Below are positions 1 through 8,966 of a DNA stretch of 64,000 nt, one piece after another (position 1 is the first letter of the stretch; every line of letters begins with the position of its first letter). The stretch covers positions 5,271 to 69,270 of the forward strand of contig JBIICS010000001.1 of the NCBI GenBank assembly GCA_044238735.1. Reading direction: 5' to 3'. The DNA comes from Bacteroidia bacterium (GTDB lineage Bacteria > Bacteroidota > Bacteroidia > UBA4408). The notes beneath the pieces were generated by a model. That model ran no database searches and was not told the DNA's origin. It saw only the letters and a list, made by a program, of their open reading frames with translations. The translations under genes and the position numbers were made by a program.

Positions 1-335
1 TTTTACTGGCACTCAGTACCTTCTCGTTGTTCTTCATTAAACCCTTGTATTCAAAAAAAGCTTCATCACCCACTAAATTAGCCGAATTGCTGGCCATGGG
101 CGTACCGGTTATAGCCAATAGTAATGTGGGAGATATGGATACAATATTTCGGGAAAATACCTGCGGCCTTTTAATTGATGAGTTTAATACAAACGCTTAT
201 ATGAAGGCTGTTAAACAATTGGATGCGATAGAAACATTATCTCATGACTCTTTAAGAACAATCTGCTTAAAAGAGTTTTCCCTATCTTTAGGCTTGGAGA
301 GATATAAAAGTGTTTACCGCAGCTTATCGATATGA
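1..335 (+). CDS. Glycosyltransferase family 1, C-terminal part; the 5' end lies upstream of the window.
   Basis: The reading frame is open to the window edge. The C-terminal motif 'ELLAMGVPVIANSNVGD' is typical of the GT1/GT4 UDP-sugar-binding domain. Its stop overlaps the next start in an ATGA junction. Confidence 0.6.
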   Translation, partial: LLALSTFSLFFIKPLYSKKASSPTKLAELLAMGVPVIANSNVGDMDTIFRENTCGLLIDEFNTNAYMKAVKQLDAIETLSHDSLRTICLKEFSLSLGLERYKSVYRSLSI

Positions 336-1234
336 ATCGCTTTAAATACAATCAGGAACCTCTAACAACAATTGATACGCCTCATGGTGAAATCTTTTCG
401 TTTAATCCGGGTGAAAACATAGATATTGTAACGGTTGAATCATTTGGTGAAGAATGGTTAAAGTTTAATGAATTCTCAAGGGAAGAGATTAAGAAAGTAG
501 GCGATGAATATTTTGACATCTGCTACGATATCCTTCCAAACAAAACCTGGAATGTACTGGATGTAGGCTGCGGAAGCGGTCGTTGGACCAAATACGTTGC
601 ACCTTTGGTTGGAAATGTTGAAGCCATTGATCCCAGCAATGCTGTTCAGGCAGCATCGGTATTACTAAAAGATGAAAAGAATGTGCGCATAACACAAGCC
701 GGTGTTTCAAATATTCCCTTTGAAAAAGAAAGTTTTGACCTTGTTTTTAGTTTAGGCGTATTGCACCATATACCGGATACTGCTCAGGCTATTAAGGATT
801 GTGTAAAGATGGTAAAGCCGGGAGGTTACTTCTTGGTTTATTTATATTATAGTTTAGATAATAAAGGACTATTGTATAAATTATTGTTTTATCTCTCTAG
901 CATTTTCAGGATAATTATCTGTCGATTGCCTTCTATCATCAAGAAACCGGTTTGCGATTTGATAGCAGTTCTTATTTATATGCCTTTTGTTTTACTTTCC
1001 AAGTCTCTGTTTGCAATAGGATTAAAAAAAATAGCTGACACATTACCGTTAAGTTATTACGCAAATAAAAGCTTCTTCGTTATTAGAAACGACGCCTTAG
1101 ACCGCTTTGGAACACCCCTAGAACAACGATTCTCAAAAGCAGAAATTACAGCCATGATGAAAGATGCCGGGCTTACCCAAATCGTATTCTCTGATAAAAC
1201 CCCATACTGGCATGCCCTTGGAAAAAAAGCCTAA
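332..1234 (+). CDS. Class I SAM-dependent methyltransferase with a C-terminal hydrophobic membrane anchor.
   Basis: Carries the glycine-rich SAM motif 'VLDVGCGSGRWT' and an acidic 'IDPS' motif. The C-terminal ~100 aa are strongly hydrophobic, consistent with transmembrane helices. It is translationally coupled to the flanking glycosyltransferase genes. Confidence 0.75.
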   Translation: MNRFKYNQEPLTTIDTPHGEIFSFNPGENIDIVTVESFGEEWLKFNEFSREEIKKVGDEYFDICYDILPNKTWNVLDVGCGSGRWTKYVAPLVGNVEAIDPSNAVQAASVLLKDEKNVRITQAGVSNIPFEKESFDLVFSLGVLHHIPDTAQAIKDCVKMVKPGGYFLVYLYYSLDNKGLLYKLLFYLSSIFRIIICRLPSIIKKPVCDLIAVLIYMPFVLLSKSLFAIGLKKIADTLPLSYYANKSFFVIRNDALDRFGTPLEQRFSKAEITAMMKDAGLTQIVFSDKTPYWHALGKKA

Positions 1235-2309
1235 AATAGCATTTGTTGTTCCTTATCCGCATGGAGTAGCTCCGGGTCAGCGTTTCAGATACGAGCAATA
1301 TTTAAATTATCTTTCTCAATTCTTCGAGATAAATGAGTTTCATTTTTTAGATGAAAAAACAAATAAGGTATTATACTTAAAAGGAAACTTCTTTAACAAA
1401 GCATTAGGAATGGTATCCTCATTCCTAACACGCTTCTCACAGTTAACTGAAATAAAAAAGCATGATGCAGTGTTTATTTTCAGAGAGGCTTCCCTTATTG
1501 GTCCACCGATATTTGAATGGATAATTGCAAAACGTTATAAGAAACCTGTTATTTTTGATTTTGATGATGCGATTTGGTTGCCAAATGTTTCGGAAGCGAA
1601 TCGTTTCTGGAGCTGGCTGAAGAATCATAACAAAACCGGAAAGATTATCTCCTGGTCTAAAACAGTTATTGCTGGAAATTCATACTTGGCCGAATATGCA
1701 AAGGTCTTTAATGCAAATACGTATATTATCCCCACCACAATAGATACCGAGTATCATCAAGTTTTACGAATTAAGAACACTAATCCGGAAAAAGTTATTA
1801 TTGGCTGGACCGGCTCAGATACTACTATACGTCATTTTAAAATGGCTTATCCTCTTTTTAAAGAGTTAGATAAAAAATACCCTGGCAAACTTGAATTTAG
1901 ATTAATCTCAAACAAATCGGTTAACGATGCTCCTGTAAAAATAAGCTTTGTAGCCTGGAATAAAGAAAGCGAAATAAAGGATTTGCAGCAATTAGATATT
2001 GGCATTATGCCATTACCTGACGATGAATGGTCGAGAGGAAAATGCGGCTTTAAAGGCTTACAATATATGTCGCTTGGTATACCCAGTGTTATGAGTGCCG
2101 TGGGAGCTAATAAAGATATTATCCAAGATAAAGAAAATGGTTTTTTACCCACCAACCAGGAAGAATGGATTGCGGTCTTAAGCTTACTAATAGAAAGTGT
2201 GGAACTACGAAACTACATTGGAGAAAGCGGTAGAAAAACAATACTCGAGAAATATTCGGTTGCAGCTCAAAAAGAAAATTATTTACAGGTAATAAAATCT
2301 GTATTATAA
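1212..2309 (+). CDS. Glycosyltransferase family 1 (GT4-like).
   Basis: A 366-aa protein with the C-terminal GT1 signature '...GFKGLQYMSLGIPSVMSAVGANKDIIQDKENGFL'. The start is placed at the internal Met 'MPLEKKPKIAFVV' to avoid a long overlap with the upstream methyltransferase. Confidence 0.75.
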   Translation: MPLEKKPKIAFVVPYPHGVAPGQRFRYEQYLNYLSQFFEINEFHFLDEKTNKVLYLKGNFFNKALGMVSSFLTRFSQLTEIKKHDAVFIFREASLIGPPIFEWIIAKRYKKPVIFDFDDAIWLPNVSEANRFWSWLKNHNKTGKIISWSKTVIAGNSYLAEYAKVFNANTYIIPTTIDTEYHQVLRIKNTNPEKVIIGWTGSDTTIRHFKMAYPLFKELDKKYPGKLEFRLISNKSVNDAPVKISFVAWNKESEIKDLQQLDIGIMPLPDDEWSRGKCGFKGLQYMSLGIPSVMSAVGANKDIIQDKENGFLPTNQEEWIAVLSLLIESVELRNYIGESGRKTILEKYSVAAQKENYLQVIKSVL

Positions 2310-2749
2310 CCCTACCTCCTCTATCCATATATTTCTTTATCTCCCCAAAATATGAATTAAGCCTTTGGTGGATAAACCTTATATAACCTCATTAACAGCG
2401 CCTATTTAAACTAAAAAATAAGTCACGCATAAAAACCAATAACATTAAGCCAATTAAAATAATTATAGTGCCCTTCATGCATTTCTTCTTTTCTTAATGT
2501 TTTATAAAAAGGAAAAATACACGCCTATATTCGATAAGGAGAGAGCCTTTGCGATAAATTTTTTTCTTAAGCTCTAGTCGGTTAGATGATTTTCGTATCC
2601 ATATATAAGCAGATTTGTATAATCTGCATTAAAATTGAACAAATCTATTTATTGATGAATACTTTATTTAAATTTAAAAATGGGGTGAAAAATAAAAGAT
2701 CTAATGATTATTTTTAAAATCTAAATTAGATGAATTAAAGTCAGCTATA

Positions 2750-3211
2750 ATGAAGCTTCAGAATTTAAAGGAGGAGTTAATTAAGAAAATAGAGATGCTG
2801 TTGGATGAAAAGATTCTGACCCTTGAATCTGCCTTAAAACAAACGCAGGAAGCTTCCAATAATAACACTAAAAGTACTGCCGGAGATAAACACGATACGG
2901 AAAGAGCAATGGCTCAACTGGAAATTGAAAAGCTGCAAAAACAATTGCATAACACATTATTGGAAAAGGAAAACTTTAATAAAAGCATTTTGCACGAAAA
3001 CAAGAGCGGAAATATAGCTCCAGGTTCCTTAATAAAACTAAACGACACTTTTATTTTTATTGCCTGTGCTCTTGGAAAAATTTCAGTAAACGGAACGGAT
3101 GTTTTTGTTATATCGAAAGAAGCACCTGTCGCAAAAGTATTAATGGGAAAAGAGTTAAATAGCTCGGTAATTCTGAACAATAAGAAAAGTTTGATCCTCG
3201 ATATTAAATAA
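2750..3211 (+). CDS. GreA/GreB-family transcription elongation factor-like protein (the short Bacteroidetes form).
   Basis: It has an N-terminal coiled coil rich in E/K/L. The C-terminal segment 'VFVISKEAPVAKVLMGKELNSSVIL' resembles the GreA C-terminal FKBP-like motif (I-S-x-x-S-P-L-A-x-A-L-L-G-K). Confidence 0.5.
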   Translation: MKLQNLKEELIKKIEMLLDEKILTLESALKQTQEASNNNTKSTAGDKHDTERAMAQLEIEKLQKQLHNTLLEKENFNKSILHENKSGNIAPGSLIKLNDTFIFIACALGKISVNGTDVFVISKEAPVAKVLMGKELNSSVILNNKKSLILDIK

Positions 3212-3240
3212 AAAACCCCGAATCTCTTCGGGGTTCAAGG
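3211..3240. terminator. Bidirectional intrinsic terminator between convergent genes.
   Basis: The hairpin AACCCCGAA-tctc-TTCGGGGTT at 3214-3235 has an A-run on its 5' side, which is a U-run for the minus-strand gene, and T-rich sequence on its 3' side. Confidence 0.7.
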
Positions 3241-3241
3241 C

Positions 3242-4408
3242 TTATTTTATTTTGGCTTTCAACTTCTCTGTCTCGCTTACATCTGCTCCTTCTTTCTTAC
3301 CTTGTTCAATTGCTTTGCTTATCCATTCTTTTGCTTTGGGATTTCCGGCTTTAACCAACAATGCAGCATGTGTATCATACAAAGCATAAGCGGGTTCGGC
3401 TGTGCAGGCATTATCCAAAAAGGGCAATACTTTTTCTAAGGCGTCTTTATTCTCTACTTTTTCGTAAAAATTCCAACCTATGCTATTAACCATCTCCGGA
3501 TTGGGGTCCTGGGTAATAGAAAGTAATTGCAAAGCGGTTTTGGCATAATCTTCATACTTTTCTTCTGCAAAATATTTTTCCATATCCATATTTAAGATGA
3601 TCTCTTTAGCATTCTTATACTCCGATTTTTGTAAACGCACTTTTAAATCGTTATAACGCGGAGTTTCTTTCTTACGCAATGCTGTATACATCTCGTTACT
3701 GTATACTTTACCAATTAATCCATCTACCTCTTGCTGGCCAAAACGGCTTACATAATCGGTGTAATTTTTTTCTACAAACGAAAACTCCCAACTCTCCATT
3801 TTATTGGCATATTGCATTATCATCTCCCAGGTGTCTTTACTAAACATCTCCTGCTCTTTTAACGTTGAGAAATATTGTGTAGATACGTCCTCGGTTCTTA
3901 AACAAGAAGAGGAAAGTATTTGAAGGTAATTTTTTAAAAAAACCGAATTAGTTTTATTTGCTTCATATTGTTTCTGAACATTAGCAAATTGCTTCTCTGG
4001 ATTTTTAGCATCCTTACCCAGTGCAATAAATTCCTGAGAAGCTAAAGCGCCACAACTACGATGAACTAATTCACCATTCGCATCAATATATAATAAATTA
4101 GGGTAAGCACTTACTTTATATTTTTTAGCAAGCTCAGGTCCTTGGCCTTTTTCCATATCCAGCTTATAATTTATATACTGCGCATTGTAAAAATCAGCTA
4201 CCGTATCATTTTTAAAGGCTGTTCGAGCCATCCATTTACAAGGACCACACCATGATGCATATGCATCCATAAAAATTAATTTATTTTCCTTTTTAGCCTT
4301 AGCCAAAACCTCTTCCCATGTGCCATGTTCAAAGGTTATTTCTTTATTTTGAGCATATGCATAATTTAATCCCATTAGGATTAACATAATTTGAACAGTT
4401 TTTTTCAT
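3242..4408 (-). CDS. Secreted thioredoxin-fold protein (thiol:disulfide oxidoreductase-like) with a helical C-terminal extension.
   Basis: The signal peptide ends in 'AYAQ'. The active site 'WCGPC' lies within 'DAYASWCGPCKWMA'. Confidence 0.75.
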   Translation of the reverse strand: MKKTVQIMLILMGLNYAYAQNKEITFEHGTWEEVLAKAKKENKLIFMDAYASWCGPCKWMARTAFKNDTVADFYNAQYINYKLDMEKGQGPELAKKYKVSAYPNLLYIDANGELVHRSCGALASQEFIALGKDAKNPEKQFANVQKQYEANKTNSVFLKNYLQILSSSCLRTEDVSTQYFSTLKEQEMFSKDTWEMIMQYANKMESWEFSFVEKNYTDYVSRFGQQEVDGLIGKVYSNEMYTALRKKETPRYNDLKVRLQKSEYKNAKEIILNMDMEKYFAEEKYEDYAKTALQLLSITQDPNPEMVNSIGWNFYEKVENKDALEKVLPFLDNACTAEPAYALYDTHAALLVKAGNPKAKEWISKAIEQGKKEGADVSETEKLKAKIK

Positions 4409-4745
4409 TTTAATACACTTATTTAATCAAATTTATGTAAAATTTTACCGCTTAAAAAGTATAAACTTAAATTTTACTCCTTAACTACTTACTTTCCGTC
4501 ATTTTTAACAGAACTTTAAAAAAATAGGGGGATAGAAAAAGCTATTGTGTTTATATGGGGCCCCCAACAAAGAGCTTTTTAAAATAATATACCTTCTTTA
4601 TTAATTAGAATAGTGCTCTTTGTTTAAGTGGCTTTATTCAACTTCAAGAAATAGTTTTCAAATTTAATAACGATTTTAAGTGGCCTTTAACTAATATCAT
4701 TAAACTAAATCTTAAATTTAAATACGTTAATCACATCTAATATAA

Positions 4746-5837
4746 ATGAGTTCAAACATTATTCGGTTTATTCCGCTTCAAAAAGAAAATCTCTTTCAAC
4801 GGATCTTTAATATTCGTCCCAAGCAAAATGCTTTTATAGAGGTAAATAATTTATTTGCAGCAAAATCTGTGTTTGAAATCTCGCCTGATGCTATCTCCGA
4901 AATTGCCAACCGATACAAGATAGATGTTTATAAAAAATTTTCCGATCAACTTAAAAAAATCTATGCTGATTATGTAAAATTCTGCTTAAATGATCACGTG
5001 GCGAATACAGAAGATCTTCATTTATTAAAACACTTGCGCGAGCTCTTATTGTTAAACGAAAAAGAAGTAAGCGAGATTTATCATCAACTGGCCTCAGAGA
5101 TTTATAAAAAGGAGTATAATGAAGCTATTGCTGATGGGCGTATGGATACGAATGATGATAAATCGTTAAAGTTTCTTCAAGAAAATTTATTACTACCCGA
5201 TAATCTTAAAAACAAAATTGATAATGAATGCCGGACTCTTTTTGTAAATAATTATTACACCAAAATAGTATCCGATCAACGTTTATCGCCCGATGAAATA
5301 AACGAGTTTGATGCTATCGCAAAAAGCCTGAACGCTACAGTGGTATTAGATGATACCTCCCGCGAATTATACAATAAGTTTAAATTATACTGGAATATAG
5401 AAAACGGAGTAATTCCTGCATTTGCGGTTGATCTTAATCTTCAAAAAAATGAGGTTTGTTATTATAAGGCGTATACAAGTTTTTACGAGCAACGTACGGT
5501 AACAAAAAGAATAAATTACGGTGGCCCAAGTTTAAGTATTAAAATTATGCGTGGCCTTTATTACAGAACGGGTAGTTACAAGGTTAATAAAGTTCAGGAA
5601 GAACAACTGGTAATGCTGGATAAAGGGTATGTTTATCTAACCAACAAACGTTTGTTGTTTGTAGGCGAAAAGAAGAATTCCACCTTGCGTTTAAATAGAA
5701 TTCTGGCTTTTACTCCTTACTCTAACGGATTAGAGATTGTAAAAGACAGTGGCCGAAATCCCTTCTATTTAATGGAATCGGATATTGATTTGTTCGCTAT
5801 GATTTTGTCGCGTGTTCTAAAAGATGATAATGGCTGA
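4746..5837 (+). CDS. Hypothetical protein with a helical N-terminal region and a C-terminal bacterial PH-like module.
   Basis: A 363-aa ORF with AT-rich upstream sequence. The C-terminus 'GYVYLTNKRLLFVGEKKNSTLRLNRI' resembles bPH-type domains. No catalytic motif was recognised. Confidence 0.5.
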   Translation: MSSNIIRFIPLQKENLFQRIFNIRPKQNAFIEVNNLFAAKSVFEISPDAISEIANRYKIDVYKKFSDQLKKIYADYVKFCLNDHVANTEDLHLLKHLRELLLLNEKEVSEIYHQLASEIYKKEYNEAIADGRMDTNDDKSLKFLQENLLLPDNLKNKIDNECRTLFVNNYYTKIVSDQRLSPDEINEFDAIAKSLNATVVLDDTSRELYNKFKLYWNIENGVIPAFAVDLNLQKNEVCYYKAYTSFYEQRTVTKRINYGGPSLSIKIMRGLYYRTGSYKVNKVQEEQLVMLDKGYVYLTNKRLLFVGEKKNSTLRLNRILAFTPYSNGLEIVKDSGRNPFYLMESDIDLFAMILSRVLKDDNG

Positions 5838-5875
5838 TTTTTAACTTTCATTCGATTAACTAATCCTAAACCCAT

Positions 5876-6256
5876 ATGAGAATAGATAAATGGTTATGGA
5901 CCATGAGGTTCTTTAAAACACGATCGTTAGCAACAGATTATTGTAACAGAGGTAGAGTAAAAATTAATACCAGCCTTGCAAAACCATCTCGAGAGATAAA
6001 GGCGGAAGACGTTATTTCAGTTGATCTAAAGTCTTATATAAGAACCTGTAAGATTTTGAAAGTTAATCCTGATCGCATTGCAGCAAAACTTTTACCTGAG
6101 TTTATACAAGATTTAACTCCAGAGAGCGAATATGCAAGAAGAAGTAAGATTGAAAAATTGAAACTTTACTATCTGGATGAAAAACCCAGCAAAAAAGACC
6201 GTAGAGATTTTGAGAAATTCTTGGAAGAAGAGTTTGGAGATGTGGATGAAGATTAA
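5876..6256 (+). CDS. hslR: S4-domain RNA-binding protein (Hsp15/HslR-like).
   Basis: 'MRIDKWLWTMRFFKTRSLATDYCNRGRVKIN' is the canonical S4 fold start. The C-terminus is rich in K/R/E. Confidence 0.7.
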   Translation: MRIDKWLWTMRFFKTRSLATDYCNRGRVKINTSLAKPSREIKAEDVISVDLKSYIRTCKILKVNPDRIAAKLLPEFIQDLTPESEYARRSKIEKLKLYYLDEKPSKKDRRDFEKFLEEEFGDVDED

Positions 6257-6792
6257 TCTAATTGTTTTACATTTTATTTAATGTAAACTAAGAAAATCAT
6301 TAAATCTTTTTGCTGGCTGAGCGGAGCCAAAGCCAGAGCTGTGCCAATAAACAAATAAACTCCTGAACTAAAAGAGATCCCGGACAGGGCATCAATTGAT
6401 CATTGAATATTAAATAGTATGTGCCCTTCCGGGAATCTCATAAAAGTGTAGATAGTAAAACTTGCCAACAGATCCCCGGCCGGAATGTAATGCAGAGCCG
6501 GTGTTTGTTATAAAGAGTTGAGCTAATAAATTAAATAAAGATTGCGGCTCGGATGCAGCAATTATTGATAGTATGGAGAACTAGAGTATAAAAAATAATG
6601 TCAGGCTGTGGTATCGAAGCCTTTTTAAATTACTCTTCCACTACCCTCCTACAAGCTCAGGGTGACAATGAAAGATAAACACGCCATCATCACTGGCCTG
6701 ACTTGGGATACATAAGTCCACTGTATATTTAATTTCAATACAGATTGGGGCTCGAGGGCAGCAATAACGAAACAATTGTTCTTAGCAAAGAA
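6257..6792. ncRNA. ORF-free, GC-enriched, hairpin-rich region; candidate structured non-coding RNA of unassigned family.
   Basis: The six-frame track shows no ORF of 60 aa or more. The region lies between the convergent 3' ends of two genes. A long imperfect hairpin pairs ATCCCGGACAGGGCA (6377-6391) with TGCCCTTCCGGGAAT (6422-6436). A CCGGCCGG palindrome is present. A direct repeat, AGATTG[C/G]GGCTCG..GCAGCAAT, occurs at 6539-6562 and 6742-6765. Confidence 0.3.
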
Positions 6793-7839
6793 CTATGTTA
6801 ATTTTCTATCGAAAATAACCTGGTTCTGCTTATTAATCGATTCGATATGAATTGCATCTAGAAAGTGAACAATAAATTCCTCCGATAAACCATGTTTCTT
6901 ACCTTTTGCAACATTTTCATTAATAATTTCCTGGAAGCGGTTAGGCTGTAAAATGGGCATGTTGTTTTCTTTTTTTAAACGACCAATATCTTCCGCAACC
7001 TTCATACGAGCTCCCAGCATTTGCATAATCTCATCATCCAGAAGATTAATCTGCTCACGCAACATCTTTAATTTATCTTGAACCGAAGTATTTAAAGAAG
7101 GTACTTTCCACTCTACTTTGCTTAATAATTCTTTTAACGCATCCGGTGTTATTTGTTGCTGAGCATCACTAAGAGCAACCTCCGGATTAATGTGCGTTTC
7201 AATCATCAATCCCTGATAATCCAAAGTTGCAGCTTTAGATGCTACATCAAGCAACCCATCACGTTTTCCTACTATATGGCTTACATCGCAAATCATCGGA
7301 TACTGGGGATGTCTAACCTTCATTTCAATAGGAATTTGCCATAACGGATTGTTTCGGTAACTGGAGTGATCATGCGTTTTGAAACCGCGATGTATTAATC
7401 CAATATCCTTAATGCCGCTTTTCTCTATTCGCTCTATTGCACCCTCCCACAGAGCCAGTTCGGGATGAGTTGGATTTTTAATATATACCGTTGCGTTGCT
7501 CCCTTTTAAAGCGTCAGCTATTTCCTGAACAGAAAAAGGATTAACGGTAGAACGGGCTCCAATCCACAACACGTCAACGCCATATTTTAAGGCAAGCTCC
7601 ACGTGCCCCGCATTAGCCACTTCGGTGGCGATTCTTAAACCTAAATCGTCCTTTACCTTCTTAAGCCAAACCAGGCCCTGTTCACCCATTCCTTCAAAAC
7701 TTCCTGGTTTTGTACGGGGTTTCCAAATTCCTGCTCTAAACAAAACCGACGAAGAGATTTCTTTAATCTTTCTTGCGGTAGTTAACATCTGCGTTTCCGA
7801 TTCTGCGCTGCAAGGACCGGCAATAATTACTTTTTCCAT
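6793..7839 (-). CDS. Bifunctional 3-deoxy-7-phosphoheptulonate (DAHP) synthase (class I-beta, KDO8PS-like) with a C-terminal chorismate mutase type II domain.
   Basis: The N-terminal 'VIIAGPCSAESETQ' TIM-barrel start matches Thermotoga-type DAHP synthase. The C-terminal 'LREQINLLDDEIMQMLGARMKVAEDIGRLK' is the AroQ chorismate mutase helix. Confidence 0.85.
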   Translation of the reverse strand: MEKVIIAGPCSAESETQMLTTARKIKEISSSVLFRAGIWKPRTKPGSFEGMGEQGLVWLKKVKDDLGLRIATEVANAGHVELALKYGVDVLWIGARSTVNPFSVQEIADALKGSNATVYIKNPTHPELALWEGAIERIEKSGIKDIGLIHRGFKTHDHSSYRNNPLWQIPIEMKVRHPQYPMICDVSHIVGKRDGLLDVASKAATLDYQGLMIETHINPEVALSDAQQQITPDALKELLSKVEWKVPSLNTSVQDKLKMLREQINLLDDEIMQMLGARMKVAEDIGRLKKENNMPILQPNRFQEIINENVAKGKKHGLSEEFIVHFLDAIHIESINKQNQVIFDRKLT

Positions 7840-8669
7840 TACTGTTCTATTTTACTGCATTTATACTCACCTAATATTTTAACCTTTTTGCAATAGGTAA
7901 CAAGCTCTGCCAAGGCTGCTTTGTATTGGCTATAATCATCCCATTCTAAATCCAAATGAAAATTATACTCATTTAAGTTTCCAACAATAGGAACGGATTG
8001 TATTTTAGTTAAGTTGATACGATGGTCACCCAAAACCGTTAGGGCCTTGGCCAAAGTTCCCGGATCGTGAAGTAATTGAAGGCTAATAGATGCTTTATCA
8101 GGATTTTCAACTACATCAGAGCCCTTGGTGATTACCAAAAAACGGGTATAATTTTTCTTGTTCGATTCTATATTAGAAGCTAAGATTTCCATTCCGTATG
8201 TATTAGCGGTAACTTCATTTCCAATAGCGGCAGCATTTCTAAGTTGTTTCTCCTTTATGTCTCTTGCACAACGCGCAGTATCATTACCTTCTACTACCCT
8301 AATATTAGAATGCTCCAATAAGAAAGGCTGACATTGAGAGATGGCCATAGGGTGAGAATTAATTACTTCTACTTCCTTAATTGAAACCCCCGGCAGGGCC
8401 ATTAAATGAAATTGTATGCGTACATATAATTCGCCTATAACCTTTAAATTATAATCTTCTATTAAATTATAATTAGATAAGATACTGCCGGCAGTAGAGT
8501 TTTCTATCGCCATAATTGCATAATCTGCCCTATTGTTTACAATAGCCTCGCACGTTTCCTTAAAGGTTGAACATTCAACTAACTCCAAGTCTTCTCCATA
8601 AATTTTTCGGGCGGCTAAATCGTGGTAAGAGGCCACTATCCCTTGTATTGCAACTCTGTGATTTCTCAT
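7839..8669 (-). CDS. pheA: Prephenate dehydratase (PDT domain plus ACT domain).
   Basis: It begins 'VAIQGIVASYHDLAARK' and has a C-terminal ACT regulatory domain. It is translationally coupled to the DAHP synthase gene. Confidence 0.85.
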   Translation of the reverse strand: MRNHRVAIQGIVASYHDLAARKIYGEDLELVECSTFKETCEAIVNNRADYAIMAIENSTAGSILSNYNLIEDYNLKVIGELYVRIQFHLMALPGVSIKEVEVINSHPMAISQCQPFLLEHSNIRVVEGNDTARCARDIKEKQLRNAAAIGNEVTANTYGMEILASNIESNKKNYTRFLVITKGSDVVENPDKASISLQLLHDPGTLAKALTVLGDHRINLTKIQSVPIVGNLNEYNFHLDLEWDDYSQYKAALAELVTYCKKVKILGEYKCSKIEQ

Positions 8670-8701
8670 GTTGTTTTAAAATTTAGTGTTAATATTCGTT
8701 C

Positions 8702-8727
8702 AAAAAAAAAGCCCCATTACTGGGGCT
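8702..8727 (-). terminator. Intrinsic terminator ending the minus-strand adhesin-locus transcript.
   Basis: The hairpin AGCCCCA-ttac-TGGGGCT is followed on the minus strand by a run of nine U (an A9 run on the plus strand). Confidence 0.65.
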
Positions 8728-8950
8728 TGAAATATCATAAAATCAAACTAGCCCCTAAATCGGAGTTTGGTAAAATAAAAAAAATAGTTGGCATTATTTA
8801 GGTAACTTGTAATCATGCTGCGAATATATTAAAATTTATATACTTCTAACTTACATTAAGGATTAACACAGCGTTTACTCTCTTCTTCTAATTAGGGCCT
8901 ATTTTAATCATTTACATTATTAATTATGAGTTTTACAAGTTTATAACTAT

Positions 8951-8965
8951 ATAATAAATAGGGCT
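8951..8965 (+). repeat. 15-mer ATAATAAATAGGGCT (containing the ATAAATAGGGC box), left border of the adhesin locus.
   Basis: An exact match to 19869-19883. It starts 2 bp beyond the stop codon of the 458-aa gene. Confidence 0.5.
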
Positions 8966-8966
8966 T

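Noticed and set aside
489-710. Short ORFs overlapping well-supported genes on other frames or strands (489..710-, 1443..1628-, 1847..2155-, 2119..2328-, 2914..3180-, 7153..7344+, 7625..7882+, 10513..10782+, 11545..11739+, 16981..17265-, 17333..17518+, 19571..19855+, 20090..20275+, 20203..20544+, 21349..21642-, 21407..21628+, 22095..22490-, 22638..23045-, 24050..24250-, 24241..24435-, 25881..26072-, 26678..26935-, 28528..28737-, 29231..29455-, 30007..30279+, 31939..32301-, 32246..32437+, 35114..35329-, 35800..36132+, 36600..36830-, 37881..38171-, 38712..38918-, 40308..40514+, 42162..42680-, 44769..45026+, 46287..46475-, 46925..47155+, 48489..48674+, 50005..50187-, 50599..50943+, 52980..53186-, 53096..53362-, 53460..53645-, 54792..55022-, 57631..57873+, 62255..62446-, 62477..62662-).
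   Set aside because: Each lies entirely inside a longer ORF that has clear family motifs. None has a recognisable domain. Their translations are low-complexity or rich in unusual residues.
6257-6792. tmRNA, RNase P RNA, SRP RNA or 6S RNA.
   Set aside because: No tag-peptide ORF ending in ..ALAA-stop was found. There is no tRNA-like 5'-GGGG..3'-CCACCA end. The RNase P CR-I-like (GTCCGGG) and CR-V-like (ACAGAxCCCGGC) matches are on opposite strands or in the wrong order. The SRP domain-IV consensus is absent. It is kept only as an unassigned candidate ncRNA.
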